From UHGV virus genome UHGV-1274323: a stretch of DNA of 41,059 bases. One strand, given 5' to 3'. This document shows, piece by piece, positions 1 through 7,307 of the stretch. This stretch comes from a virus. The translations under genes and the position numbers were made by a program. Below the pieces are notes generated by a model. The model made no database searches. It was not told where the DNA came from and saw only the letters and a list, made by a program, of their open reading frames with translations. The first letter of the stretch is position 1. The number at the start of each line of letters is the position of its first letter.

Positions 1-331
1 ATTGGAGAAGCTGTCCGATGGTAGTGATTTCTGTTATGGGTTCAGATTGCTGACTTATTTCAGCGCACGGAGCTGGTGATGGGGAAGGAGTGAGTACCTC
101 CAAATGAGGCTTCTGACTATAGGAACGATAAGGCTCTACCAGTTCCAACGGCTTTTCACAATCAAAATCTTGTGCCAGGATATGCTTTAGCTCATGCTCC
201 AGCGCCTTTTCCTGCTCTTCAGACGAAAGAAGACTGTTAATATAGATATTATAAAAGCCGGTGGAATCCTGTATAGTTATCCCCTTGACTGTACACGGTA
301 GGTCCACATATCGGATGCAATAGTCATTCAT
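1..331 (-). CDS. ImmA/IrrE-family HExxH metallopeptidase, partial (runs off the left edge)
   Basis: Reverse-strand translation from the ATG at 331 (RBS GAAGGAAA) gives MNDYCIRYVDLPCTVKGITIQDSTGFYNIYINSLLSSEEQEKALEHELKHIL... with no stop before position 1. The motif 'IYINS-L-SxEEQ-x-ALEHELKHIL' matches the ImmA/IrrE (DUF955) zinc-binding region. ATGA overlap with the upstream XRE repressor gives the ImmR-ImmA arrangement. Confidence 0.65.
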   Translation of the reverse strand, partial: MNDYCIRYVDLPCTVKGITIQDSTGFYNIYINSLLSSEEQEKALEHELKHILAQDFDCEKPLELVEPYRSYSQKPHLEVLTPSPSPAPCAEISQQSEPITEITTIGQLLQ

Positions 332-732
332 TTTCCTTCACTTTCATCTCTCAATGCTTCAATAATTTTGACAGCTTTTAGGACGTCTTCCGGAGTGGCC
401 TTCGAGGAGATAGAGAATAGCATCTTCATATCTGGCCTGGTACGCAAAGAATCCAATAGCTGTATCGTTTCATCATCCAGTCGAACAATATTGTCGTGCT
501 CATCGTACACAGTTACGGTGGGTTCTTTTTTTATGTCGGTTTTACCAAGCAGGTAATCGACGGATACCCCGAAGTAGTCGGCAATCTGAGCCAGCTTTTT
601 AGATGAAGGAGTTTGAGACCGCTTTTTCCACTGAGAGATAAGTCCGGTGGAAATTCCTGTAGCACGAGATAAATCGGCTTGGGACATCTCATTTTCCATC
701 ATAAGATTTTCTATTCTATCAAACGTATCCAT
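328..732 (-). CDS. XRE-family HTH transcriptional repressor (ImmR/CI-like)
   Basis: Start chosen at MDTFDRIENLMMENEMSQADLSRATGISTGLISQWKKRSQTPSSKKLAQIADYFGVSVDYLLG, a classic HTH_XRE. A GGAGGG RBS precedes the ATG at 732. The listed ORF 328..786 carries an unsupported N-terminal extension. The gene is divergent from the early operon. Confidence 0.85.
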   Translation of the reverse strand: MDTFDRIENLMMENEMSQADLSRATGISTGLISQWKKRSQTPSSKKLAQIADYFGVSVDYLLGKTDIKKEPTVTVYDEHDNIVRLDDETIQLLDSLRTRPDMKMLFSISSKATPEDVLKAVKIIEALRDESEGK

Positions 733-759
733 TTTTAGCCCTCCAAATTTGTGCACAGC

Positions 760-910
760 AAACAAACTTAGAAAACTTAGCAACAAACACTTGAACAGCT
801 TAGAAAACTATGCTATAGTGAGTTTACAGCAAAGAAAACTAAACGATGTACTTAGAAATGTTGCTCAGTTTACTTAATTATGGTGATTAAATCACTTAGC
901 AAACTAAGAA
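760..910. promoter_or_regulatory. Operator-like repeat field in the divergent repressor/early intergenic region
   Basis: CTTAG-containing motif ACTTAGAAAAC occurs 4 times (767-780, 799-809, 851-860). A palindrome CTTAGCAAACTAAG lies at 895-908. The repeats overlap the rightward promoter. Confidence 0.55.
791..819 (+). promoter_or_regulatory. Sigma70-type early promoter (P_R analogue)
   Basis: TTGAAC (791-796), 17-nt spacer, TATAGT (814-819). It faces the Xis/Cro-like gene at 969. One CTTAG repeat lies in the spacer. Confidence 0.6.
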
Positions 911-968
911 TATCACAAAACATAAGTAAACACAACTATCAAGGTGCACAGAGAAAGGAGGGAGTTAG

Positions 969-1145
969 ATGTCTCAAATGTATACTTGTGCTCAGATTGC
1001 TGAGAGATATGGTGTAAAGCTGTTCACTGTATGGACTTGGATTCGCAAAAAGAAACTTAACGCTATCAAAATTGGAAAAGAGTATCGTATCCGACAGATA
1101 GATGTTGAGGCTTTCGAACAGGCAAGAATGACGACAAAATTGTGA
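969..1145 (+). CDS. Excisionase/MerR-family HTH DNA-binding protein (Cro/Xis-like), 58 aa
   Basis: Not in the ORF track because it is under 60 aa. RBS AAGGAGG 8 nt upstream. Product MSQMYTCAQIAERYGVKLFTVWTWIRKKKLNAIKIGKEYRIRQIDVEAFEQARMTTKL has the excisionase-family helix-turn-helix pattern. Confidence 0.6.
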   Translation: MSQMYTCAQIAERYGVKLFTVWTWIRKKKLNAIKIGKEYRIRQIDVEAFEQARMTTKL

Positions 1146-1154
1146 AATGCAGTC

Positions 1155-2546
1155 CTATTCAAGTTTAAGTTCGCCATAATTTGACCATTCTTTTACCTTT
1201 CCACTTTTATCAAAAGTAATCGTAGACCGACCGTAGTACCATACGGTGAAAGAAGTGTAGTCGTGAATCTCCCGTGGAGTACCCATCGCGTCTACAACTT
1301 GGCTTTGTGACGAACCAACGGATATAGGAATAGCATTATCTTTTGCATCTCCTATCCACACATGCAGATTTCCTTGGTTTGACCACTCTTTTACTTTGCC
1401 GTCTTTATCAAAAGTGATTGTAGAAGTTCCATAGTACCAAACAGTAAAAGAGGTATAGTTGTGAATTTCTTCTGGAGTTCCCATTGCGTCAATAACTTGG
1501 CTTTGCAAAGAACCAATAGTGACGGGAGCTGCGCCGCTTTTTTTGTCACCGATCCATACGCTCAGATTTCCCTGATTTGACCACTCATTAACCTTTCCAT
1601 TTTCATCAAAAGTTACAGTGGAAGATCCGTAATACCACACAGAAAAAAAGGTGTAGTTGTGAATTTCGTCCGGGGTTCCCATGACTTCCCTTACATCTTC
1701 TTGTGTACTTCCGAGCGTTATATATCCAGGGCGGGATAACACGGTGGTAGGTGTAGAAGTCGAAGCTGTTTCGGTTCGTGGTGTGGTTGATGGCAACGAA
1801 ATAGTGGTTTGAGGGAAAGTAGGAACGTTCACAGTCGGTTGTGTCGGCATGGTTAGATAGGGGATTGAATTGGTAGGAGAGAAAACAAATCCATCGTTTT
1901 GGGCAATAGTATATCTTGTTTTTTCGGTTGTCGTCAGGCGAGGCGGATCGCATTTCGAACAGCGCCCGTAACCTCTTTGTACTGCCTTTTCCAATGATAT
2001 AGGAATTTTGCTGTTACTGAGATATTGACACCAGGAGCGGTGATACTTTTCACCTGTTTTTGTTATGTACACAGTGATACCGGAGGTGGTTTGCGTTGTG
2101 CCAATAGATTGGTTATGAGAAGCGCCTGTGGTTGAAGAGGGTGACGCCTCATTTGATTTGGAACAGGAATACAAGGCAAAAATTGTGGCCAAAGCAGCCA
2201 AGAGGAGTAACAGGCCATTTTTAATTCTTTTGGTAGAAGTTGTACGGTCAACAGCATGGGCGGAATCCTTGGGGTGGTTTTGCTGTTCGTCTGAGTGGTT
2301 TTGAGAAGATTCTTTTTTCGTCCCTAGAAAATAAAGTATTAGGCCAATGAGTGCAACGATGCCTGCGGCAACAATTTGTATGAACAAGTCATAAAAAGAA
2401 AAGTTGAAAAATGGAGATACACCAGCTCGTATATTTCCTATCATTTCGCCGATTTTTTGAGCCACTACAATTACCACAGCTGAAACCATCAAGTACTTAC
2501 CAGCGTTTTTCACAGCAATACCCTCCCCATAGAGAGAATAACACAC
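1155..2546 (-). CDS. Membrane-anchored protein with three tandem ~63-aa BLIP/SmpA-OmlA-like repeats and a Cys/His motif (moron)
   Basis: It is on the strand opposite its neighbours. N-terminal hydrophobic segments are IVAAGIVALIGLILYF and LLLLLAALATIFAL. A YHRSWC...GYGRCSKC cluster follows. The C-terminal repeats carry MGTP-EIHNYT-x-WYYG-STxTFDxxGKVxEWSN. The start codon is uncertain. Confidence 0.65.
   Translation of the reverse strand: MCYSLYGEGIAVKNAGKYLMVSAVVIVVAQKIGEMIGNIRAGVSPFFNFSFYDLFIQIVAAGIVALIGLILYFLGTKKESSQNHSDEQQNHPKDSAHAVDRTTSTKRIKNGLLLLLAALATIFALYSCSKSNEASPSSTTGASHNQSIGTTQTTSGITVYITKTGEKYHRSWCQYLSNSKIPISLEKAVQRGYGRCSKCDPPRLTTTEKTRYTIAQNDGFVFSPTNSIPYLTMPTQPTVNVPTFPQTTISLPSTTPRTETASTSTPTTVLSRPGYITLGSTQEDVREVMGTPDEIHNYTFFSVWYYGSSTVTFDENGKVNEWSNQGNLSVWIGDKKSGAAPVTIGSLQSQVIDAMGTPEEIHNYTSFTVWYYGTSTITFDKDGKVKEWSNQGNLHVWIGDAKDNAIPISVGSSQSQVVDAMGTPREIHDYTSFTVWYYGRSTITFDKSGKVKEWSNYGELKLE
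1158..1735 (-). repeat. 3 x ~189-nt tandem coding repeats inside the membrane-protein gene
   Basis: Near-identical protein units (…VxxMGTPxEIHNYTSFTVWYYGxSTITFDKxGKVKEWSN…) are visible three times in the ORF translation. Confidence 0.8.
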
Positions 2547-2600
2547 AATTCGAGAAAAAACAACACAAATTACCGTAATACATGGAAAGGAGGATGAGCC

Positions 2601-2747
2601 ATGAATCTTGAAAACATCCGGGAACTGCGCACGGTGCGTGGAGAGGAGGCGGTCAATTCCCTATTACTTACGGGGAAGTGGCGTGTGCTGAATCTGGAGC
2701 ATGAGGATGAATGCGTCGTGGCAACAATGGCGAGGGTGAGGCCGTAA
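2601..2747 (+). CDS. Small hypothetical protein (48 aa)
   Basis: RBS GGAAAGGAGG before the ATG at 2601. Product MNLENIRELRTVRGEEAVNSLLLTGKWRVLNLEHEDECVVATMARVRP. Not in the ORF track because it is under 60 aa. Confidence 0.4.
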   Translation: MNLENIRELRTVRGEEAVNSLLLTGKWRVLNLEHEDECVVATMARVRP

Positions 2748-2793
2748 GCCTGATTTCATGAGTAAAAAAATTGTAATAGGAGGTGAAAACCGC

Positions 2794-3006
2794 ATGGCAC
2801 ATTCCAATATTGCATTCCCGAATCTGCGGGCAGAAATGGCACGAAAGGGAGTATCTATTCAGGATATAGCCCGGGAACTCAAGAAGGACAGAACCACCAT
2901 CGGTGCAAAGCTGTCCGGAAAGCGTCCAATCCATTTGGAAGAGGCATTTGCAATTATTGACGCATTCTTCCCGGAATTGGATGTGCACTATCTCTTTGCG
3001 AAATAA
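2794..3006 (+). CDS. Cro/C1-type HTH regulator (70 aa)
   Basis: RBS GGAGGTG 7 nt before the ATG at 2794. MAHSNIAFPNLRAEMARKGVSIQDIARELKKDRTTIGAKLSGKRP is an HTH pattern common in Firmicutes phage early regions. Confidence 0.65.
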   Translation: MAHSNIAFPNLRAEMARKGVSIQDIARELKKDRTTIGAKLSGKRPIHLEEAFAIIDAFFPELDVHYLFAK

Positions 3007-3066
3007 AGGGTGAGGGCATAAACCTGCTCAAAATTGAGTGAGTTCAAAACGAGGGAGGTGATCTAT

Positions 3067-3267
3067 ATGGAAAAGCCAGGATATCGTGATGCCCTTGAAC
3101 GCTTGTTGAATGTATTTGGAGGGCGAGATGTTTTAGATATGGGCGAGGTGTGTCAGTATCTACACCGCGACCGGAGGACACTGCTTCAGGACAAATCTTT
3201 TCCAGCTAAAAAGATAGCGGGAAAATATCTCATCTACATAACAGCGCTTGCAAGGTATTTATGTTAA
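3067..3267 (+). CDS. Small putative DNA-binding protein (66 aa)
   Basis: RBS GAGGGAGGTG before the ATG at 3067. It resembles the 969..1145 product (…DMGEVCQYLHRDRRTLLQ…KIAGKYLI). Confidence 0.45.
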   Translation: MEKPGYRDALERLLNVFGGRDVLDMGEVCQYLHRDRRTLLQDKSFPAKKIAGKYLIYITALARYLC

Positions 3268-3286
3268 AGCAAGGGGAAGTGAAACC

Positions 3287-3451
3287 ATGTCAGGAGCACT
3301 AATCGCGATGGGCCTAATCCTAGCGTGGATCTCGACCTGCCTAGTAGATGCGCCGCTGTCGGTGATCGCCCTGGTGGGCGGGACAGGCGTGGCGCTGATG
3401 GTGGGAGGGTACATAACAAAGAAGAAAGGGGAATGGCCAGATGGACAATGA
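3287..3451 (+). CDS. Small membrane protein (54 aa, 2 predicted TM helices)
   Basis: Start MSGALIAMGLILAWISTCLV…ALVGGTGVALMVGGYI, with RBS AAGGGGAAG. Confidence 0.4.
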   Translation: MSGALIAMGLILAWISTCLVDAPLSVIALVGGTGVALMVGGYITKKKGEWPDGQ

Positions 3452-3755
3452 GAAAATGGCAGACAAGCTGCGTGAGCTAAGTATCCCAATCCATAGGTTG
3501 CTTTGGACAGATGGCGATCCGCATTGTACGGTGATAATTACTCAGGATGGCGTTCGGCTCCTTCGCGATGAATTAGAAGTGCCAATGGAGTTCAATCCGC
3601 TTACAGATGAACTAAAAAATATATCAACGAAGGATTTAATTAGGGAACTGGAAGACCGTGACGAAGTAGAAGCTACATATTATACGCCGGACGTGGGAGC
3701 GGCTTTTAGCATATCAGGTCCTGCTATCTTATTAAAGATCAAATGCGAGCAGTGA
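3441..3755 (+). CDS. Hypothetical early protein (104 aa)
   Basis: ORF with RBS GAAAGGGGAA. Its C-terminal half is paralogous to the 3802..3969 product (KDLIRELEDRDEVE…GPAILL). Confidence 0.5.
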   Translation: MDNEKMADKLRELSIPIHRLLWTDGDPHCTVIITQDGVRLLRDELEVPMEFNPLTDELKNISTKDLIRELEDRDEVEATYYTPDVGAAFSISGPAILLKIKCEQ

Positions 3756-3801
3756 AACCAAGGGTACATAGTAAAGATATGCAGAGAGGAGAGAAAGCCA
3801 G

Positions 3802-3969
3802 ATGAAAAAAGAGATCGTTTCCGGTTGCGAACTAAAGGACATTGCTACCAAAGATTTAGTGGACGAGCTCAAAAAACGCGAAGGTGTGGAAACAGCAATC
3901 GCGGAGCCGTACCAAGATAAAGCTATCGAAGTAACCGGCCCCGCGATCATTCTGGTGGTTATGGATTAG
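3802..3969 (+). CDS. Small hypothetical protein (55 aa), paralogue of the C-terminal part of the 3441..3755 product
   Basis: RBS GAGAGGAGAG before the ATG. Product MKKEIVSGCELKDIATKDLVDELKKREGVETAIAEPYQDKAIEVTGPAIILVVMD. Confidence 0.45.
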   Translation: MKKEIVSGCELKDIATKDLVDELKKREGVETAIAEPYQDKAIEVTGPAIILVVMD

Positions 3970-3987
3970 CAAAGGAGAGATGAACAA

Positions 3988-4161
3988 ATGAAATTGGTCA
4001 TTAAAGGCAAACCTAAAGAGATTGCCGCCCTTGTACTGGAGATACAAGAGCGGCAGGAAGAATTCGTGCCATCACATGGCTATGGGTTGGAGCATAAGGA
4101 AACAGTTAGAACAGATTCTCCCGTATCCACTTCCACTGATCCCCAGTTAGCCACCCATTAA
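3988..4161 (+). CDS. Small hypothetical protein (57 aa)
   Basis: RBS AAAGGAGAGA before the ATG. Product MKLVIKGKPKEIAALVLEIQERQEEFVPSHGYGLEHKETV…. Its 3' end overlaps the convergent gene 4106..4372. Confidence 0.3.
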   Translation: MKLVIKGKPKEIAALVLEIQERQEEFVPSHGYGLEHKETVRTDSPVSTSTDPQLATH

Positions 4162-4372
4162 CCATTTCCGAGACAGGAGCAATGATCATCTTGTCATTTG
4201 GATCAAGGTCCCGGGTACAAATTGATATTACTGAAGTTGTTGAATAATCAGTTTTTACAAGGTAGGTGGTGGTCAAGTACTTACACCAAACACCCAGAGA
4301 TTCAATGTTCTCCATAACTTTGTCACGGTTGTTGGTTGGCGCGTGAAGATCATAGCTAATCATGTATATCAT
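4106..4372 (-). CDS. Hypothetical 88-aa protein on the strand opposite the early operon
   Basis: Strong RBS AAAGGAGGTG 7 nt upstream. Product MIYMISYDLHAPTNNRDKVMENIESLGVWCKYLTTTYLVK…. Any resemblance to a Cas2/VapD-type alpha/beta fold is weak and unverified. Confidence 0.5.
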   Translation of the reverse strand: MIYMISYDLHAPTNNRDKVMENIESLGVWCKYLTTTYLVKTDYSTTSVISICTRDLDPNDKMIIAPVSEMVNGWLTGDQWKWIRENLF

Positions 4373-4548
4373 CTAATATCACCTCCTTTCGACTAAATCT
4401 TATCCAAGGAGGTGCGTGAAGTCAACACACAAAGGAGGCGTACGGGATATATACGCAAAAAAGAACGCCCCGACTGCGGCAACAGTCGAGACGAACCAAT
4501 GAGAAATACATCTGACCATATTGTAGCGGAAGAAAGGAGAGTTGTCAA

Positions 4549-4770
4549 ATGATCTCAGATGAAATTATTGAATGTCTTCAGCCGCTTCTGGGAAAGCGAG
4601 TGCTCATGGAAGTGCGGCAAGATATCCATCTGGATTGCGACGATTGGAGCCACCGGGTGACAGCCAGCATCGACGAGTGCTTTGAGATCGCGGGGATAAC
4701 AACGGTATCCGGCTATGACGGGGATACTCCGCGGGATTTTGTGGTCCTTGTTGCCGGAAAGGCAGTGTAA
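4549..4770 (+). CDS. Hypothetical protein (73 aa)
   Basis: RBS GAAAGGAGAG before the ATG at 4549. Confidence 0.5.
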   Translation: MISDEIIECLQPLLGKRVLMEVRQDIHLDCDDWSHRVTASIDECFEIAGITTVSGYDGDTPRDFVVLVAGKAV

Positions 4771-4786
4771 AAAAGGAGGAAACAAT

Positions 4787-5728
4787 ATGTCGGTAGTTAG
4801 TCCGGAACAAATGGATTTTGGGGAAAAGAAATTTTCAATGATCATCAGCGGCCCTCCTGGAGTGGGGAAAACCACACTGGCTATGTCGGCGCCGGATCCG
4901 ATACTGGTAGATCTGGATAAAGGAGTGAGCCGGATCAAAGCACAGCACCGCCGGACCACCATCATTTGCGATACATACGAGGAGCTGCTTCAGGATATCC
5001 AGTGCAGCGCGGTGAAAGCAGCGCAGACCATTGTTATTGATACCGGGGGCAGCCTGGTGACCTATTTGCAGGATTGGGCCATGCGGGATAACCCCACGCT
5101 GAACCGGCAGAAGAACGGAGCGATCTCCCTCAAGGGGTTCGGCGCGGTAAAAAATGAATTTACCCGGTTTACCAATATGCTGCAGTACACGATGAACAAA
5201 AACATCATTTATATCTTTCATACCGTGGAAGAGAAAGACGGGGATCTTGTCAAGCAGAGGATCATGTGTGAGGGGGCCGCCCGAAACATTGTCTGGCAGC
5301 CGTGCGACCTAGGATGTTTTCTACAGGTTATGGGGGAAAAACGGTATATGGCCTTCGGCCCGGATGAGCACTATTATGCCAAGCGCTGCTACGGTATCCG
5401 GGGGTTGATCGAGCTGCCGGATCTGGATGGAGGAGCCCCTAACGATGCGCTGTCCCGGCTGTTTGCCCAGGCGCGGGAAAATATAGCGCGGGAGACGGAG
5501 CAATACAAGGCAGCGGAGCCGGCCTATCTGGCGGCTATGGAGGCCGGCCGCAACATCATCGGCGGAGTAGTGGATGGAGAAACTGCTCAAAAGGCGGTGA
5601 TCCAGATCAAACGCCTTGACCATGCTTTGACCAGCGAGCGGGAAATTCGTGCGCTCCTGACGGCGCGAATCAAGGAGCTGGGGCTGAAATGGGATAAGGA
5701 AGCGGGGGCTTACATTGCCGCAGAATAA
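4787..5728 (+). CDS. RecA-like AAA ATPase (AAA_24/Sak4-like recombination protein)
   Basis: RBS AAAAGGAGGA. Walker A SGPPGVGKTT, Walker B TIVIDTGG. It is followed by a PD-(D/E)XK nuclease and an SSB-like gene, as in Sak4-type phage recombination modules. Confidence 0.75.
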   Translation: MSVVSPEQMDFGEKKFSMIISGPPGVGKTTLAMSAPDPILVDLDKGVSRIKAQHRRTTIICDTYEELLQDIQCSAVKAAQTIVIDTGGSLVTYLQDWAMRDNPTLNRQKNGAISLKGFGAVKNEFTRFTNMLQYTMNKNIIYIFHTVEEKDGDLVKQRIMCEGAARNIVWQPCDLGCFLQVMGEKRYMAFGPDEHYYAKRCYGIRGLIELPDLDGGAPNDALSRLFAQARENIARETEQYKAAEPAYLAAMEAGRNIIGGVVDGETAQKAVIQIKRLDHALTSEREIRALLTARIKELGLKWDKEAGAYIAAE

Positions 5729-6317
5729 ACTGCTGTTGACCCAATCCCTTTTGTCGGCGTGGCTGTATCAATATACGGCATACGATACGAAAAAGGCCCA
5801 TGAAGACTTTGTGCGGGTATTGCAGAAAAAACCCACGCCGTCCAGCAAGGCGATACGGGACGGCATCCAGTTTGAGAACATGGTAACTGCTTACTGTGAG
5901 GGGGTGGAGCCGGAGCAGGGGCATGAATGGGCTGATGCCGTTAAAGAGGCCGGGCGGATACTTTGCGGGGCACAGTTTCAGGTGGCTGCCTATCGGGATA
6001 AGCGGATAGGCGGTGTGCCGTTCCTACTCTATGGTCGGCTGGACGCCCTAAAAGCCGGCGTCATTTACGATCTGAAATTCAGCAAAAGCTATGAAGCGGG
6101 CAAATACCTTGATAGCCCGCAGCATCCCATATACCTGGACTGCGTACCGGAAGCGGTGCGGTTCGTGTATGTGATTTCAGACGGCAAAGCTGTGTACACG
6201 GAAGAATACCGACGGGAAGAAGTAACTTCGCCCGACAGGATTATCTGTGAGTTTATGGCGTATTTGGAACAATCTGATTTAGCACAAACCTATATTGATT
6301 ATTGGAAAACCAATTAA
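5715..6317 (+). CDS. PD-(D/E)XK-family nuclease (Cas4/RecB-like phage exonuclease)
   Basis: The core GRLDAL…VIYDLKFSKSY fits the D…(D/E)xK catalytic signature. Probable TTG start overlapping the ATPase gene end. Confidence 0.55.
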   Translation: MPQNKLLLTQSLLSAWLYQYTAYDTKKAHEDFVRVLQKKPTPSSKAIRDGIQFENMVTAYCEGVEPEQGHEWADAVKEAGRILCGAQFQVAAYRDKRIGGVPFLLYGRLDALKAGVIYDLKFSKSYEAGKYLDSPQHPIYLDCVPEAVRFVYVISDGKAVYTEEYRREEVTSPDRIICEFMAYLEQSDLAQTYIDYWKTN

Positions 6318-6335
6318 AAAGGAGAAGAAAAAGCT

Positions 6336-6761
6336 ATGGGAATTTTTGATGATTTTGTTCGTGAAGAAGCGCCGCGTCTGGAGCCGGGAGATTATCGGGT
6401 GGAAATCACCGATGTGGAAGAGACCGTAAGCAAGTCCAGTGGAAACCCTATGCTGGTTATCACGGTGAAGCCCAACAATGTCAATATACGGATCAAACAC
6501 TATATCGTTAAAAACGAATACTTTAACCGTAACCTGACGGAGTTTTACAACAGTTTCAACATTGATTTTGGCGATCAAAATTTTTTAGGCTGGGTCGGAG
6601 CAGTGGGCGCTGCAAAGCTGGTGGAAGATGAGAATGGCTATATGAAAATCAAGCGCCTCATCCCGCTGGAGCGGCAGGACAACCTCCCGGCCTGGGTCGG
6701 GTCCGTTCCGGTCAGGCAAACTGTAGAAGGCTTTGTCTCAGACGACGAACTGCCGTTTTAA
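6336..6761 (+). CDS. SSB-like ssDNA-binding protein (DUF669-type) with acidic C-terminal tail
   Basis: 141 aa ending …VSDDELPF, resembling the SSB C-terminal D-D-D-I-P-F protein-interaction tail. The gene sits within the recombination module. Confidence 0.6.
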   Translation: MGIFDDFVREEAPRLEPGDYRVEITDVEETVSKSSGNPMLVITVKPNNVNIRIKHYIVKNEYFNRNLTEFYNSFNIDFGDQNFLGWVGAVGAAKLVEDENGYMKIKRLIPLERQDNLPAWVGSVPVRQTVEGFVSDDELPF

Positions 6762-6773
6762 GGCGGTGGCGGC

Positions 6774-7307
6774 ATGAAACGGCAGTATTCACAAAAAGAG
6801 ACGGAAACGCTGCTGAAATCCATGGCCGTGGTAGTAGATACCCGGGAGCAGGTGTGGTCGCACATTGAATCCGGCCTGAAATTGCTGAAATACCCTTGCG
6901 AAAGGGGAAAACTGGATTTTGGCGACTACACCTGTAAGCTTCCGGACTTGGGTGGTGGGCCGGTGATCTTTTCCGATGAGATTGTCATAGAACGCAAGGC
7001 GAATCTGGACGAGATCGCTACCAATTTCACGGTGGACCGGCGGCGTTTTGAGGCGGAATTCATTCGGGCAAAGGCGTCCGGGGTCAAGGTATTTCTCATG
7101 ATCGAAAATGCCTCCTGGGCGGATGTACTGACCGGCAACTACCACAGCCAACTCAAGCCTAACGCCTTTTCAGCGGCCTTGATGAGTTGGCAGGCTAAGT
7201 ACAACCTGACGATTATGTTTGTCCGACCGGAGGACAGCGCGCGTATCATTGCGGGGACCTTTTATTATTGGCTTCGGGCGCGTCTGGAAGGGGGCGGAGG
7301 CGTATGA
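6774..7307 (+). CDS. ERCC4/XPF-type nuclease domain protein (structure-specific endonuclease or resolvase)
   Basis: VVVDTREQ…FGDYTC…IVIERKANLDE matches the ERCC4 signature GDx(n)ERKx3D with the upstream VxVDxRE motif. Confidence 0.65.
   Translation: MKRQYSQKETETLLKSMAVVVDTREQVWSHIESGLKLLKYPCERGKLDFGDYTCKLPDLGGGPVIFSDEIVIERKANLDEIATNFTVDRRRFEAEFIRAKASGVKVFLMIENASWADVLTGNYHSQLKPNAFSAALMSWQAKYNLTIMFVRPEDSARIIAGTFYYWLRARLEGGGGV

Noticed and set aside
2063-2257. Small ORFs nested inside the 1155..2546 gene (2063..2257, 1606..1953)
   Set aside because: Alternative-frame ORFs inside a gene with strong internal repeat structure. Not credible as independent genes.
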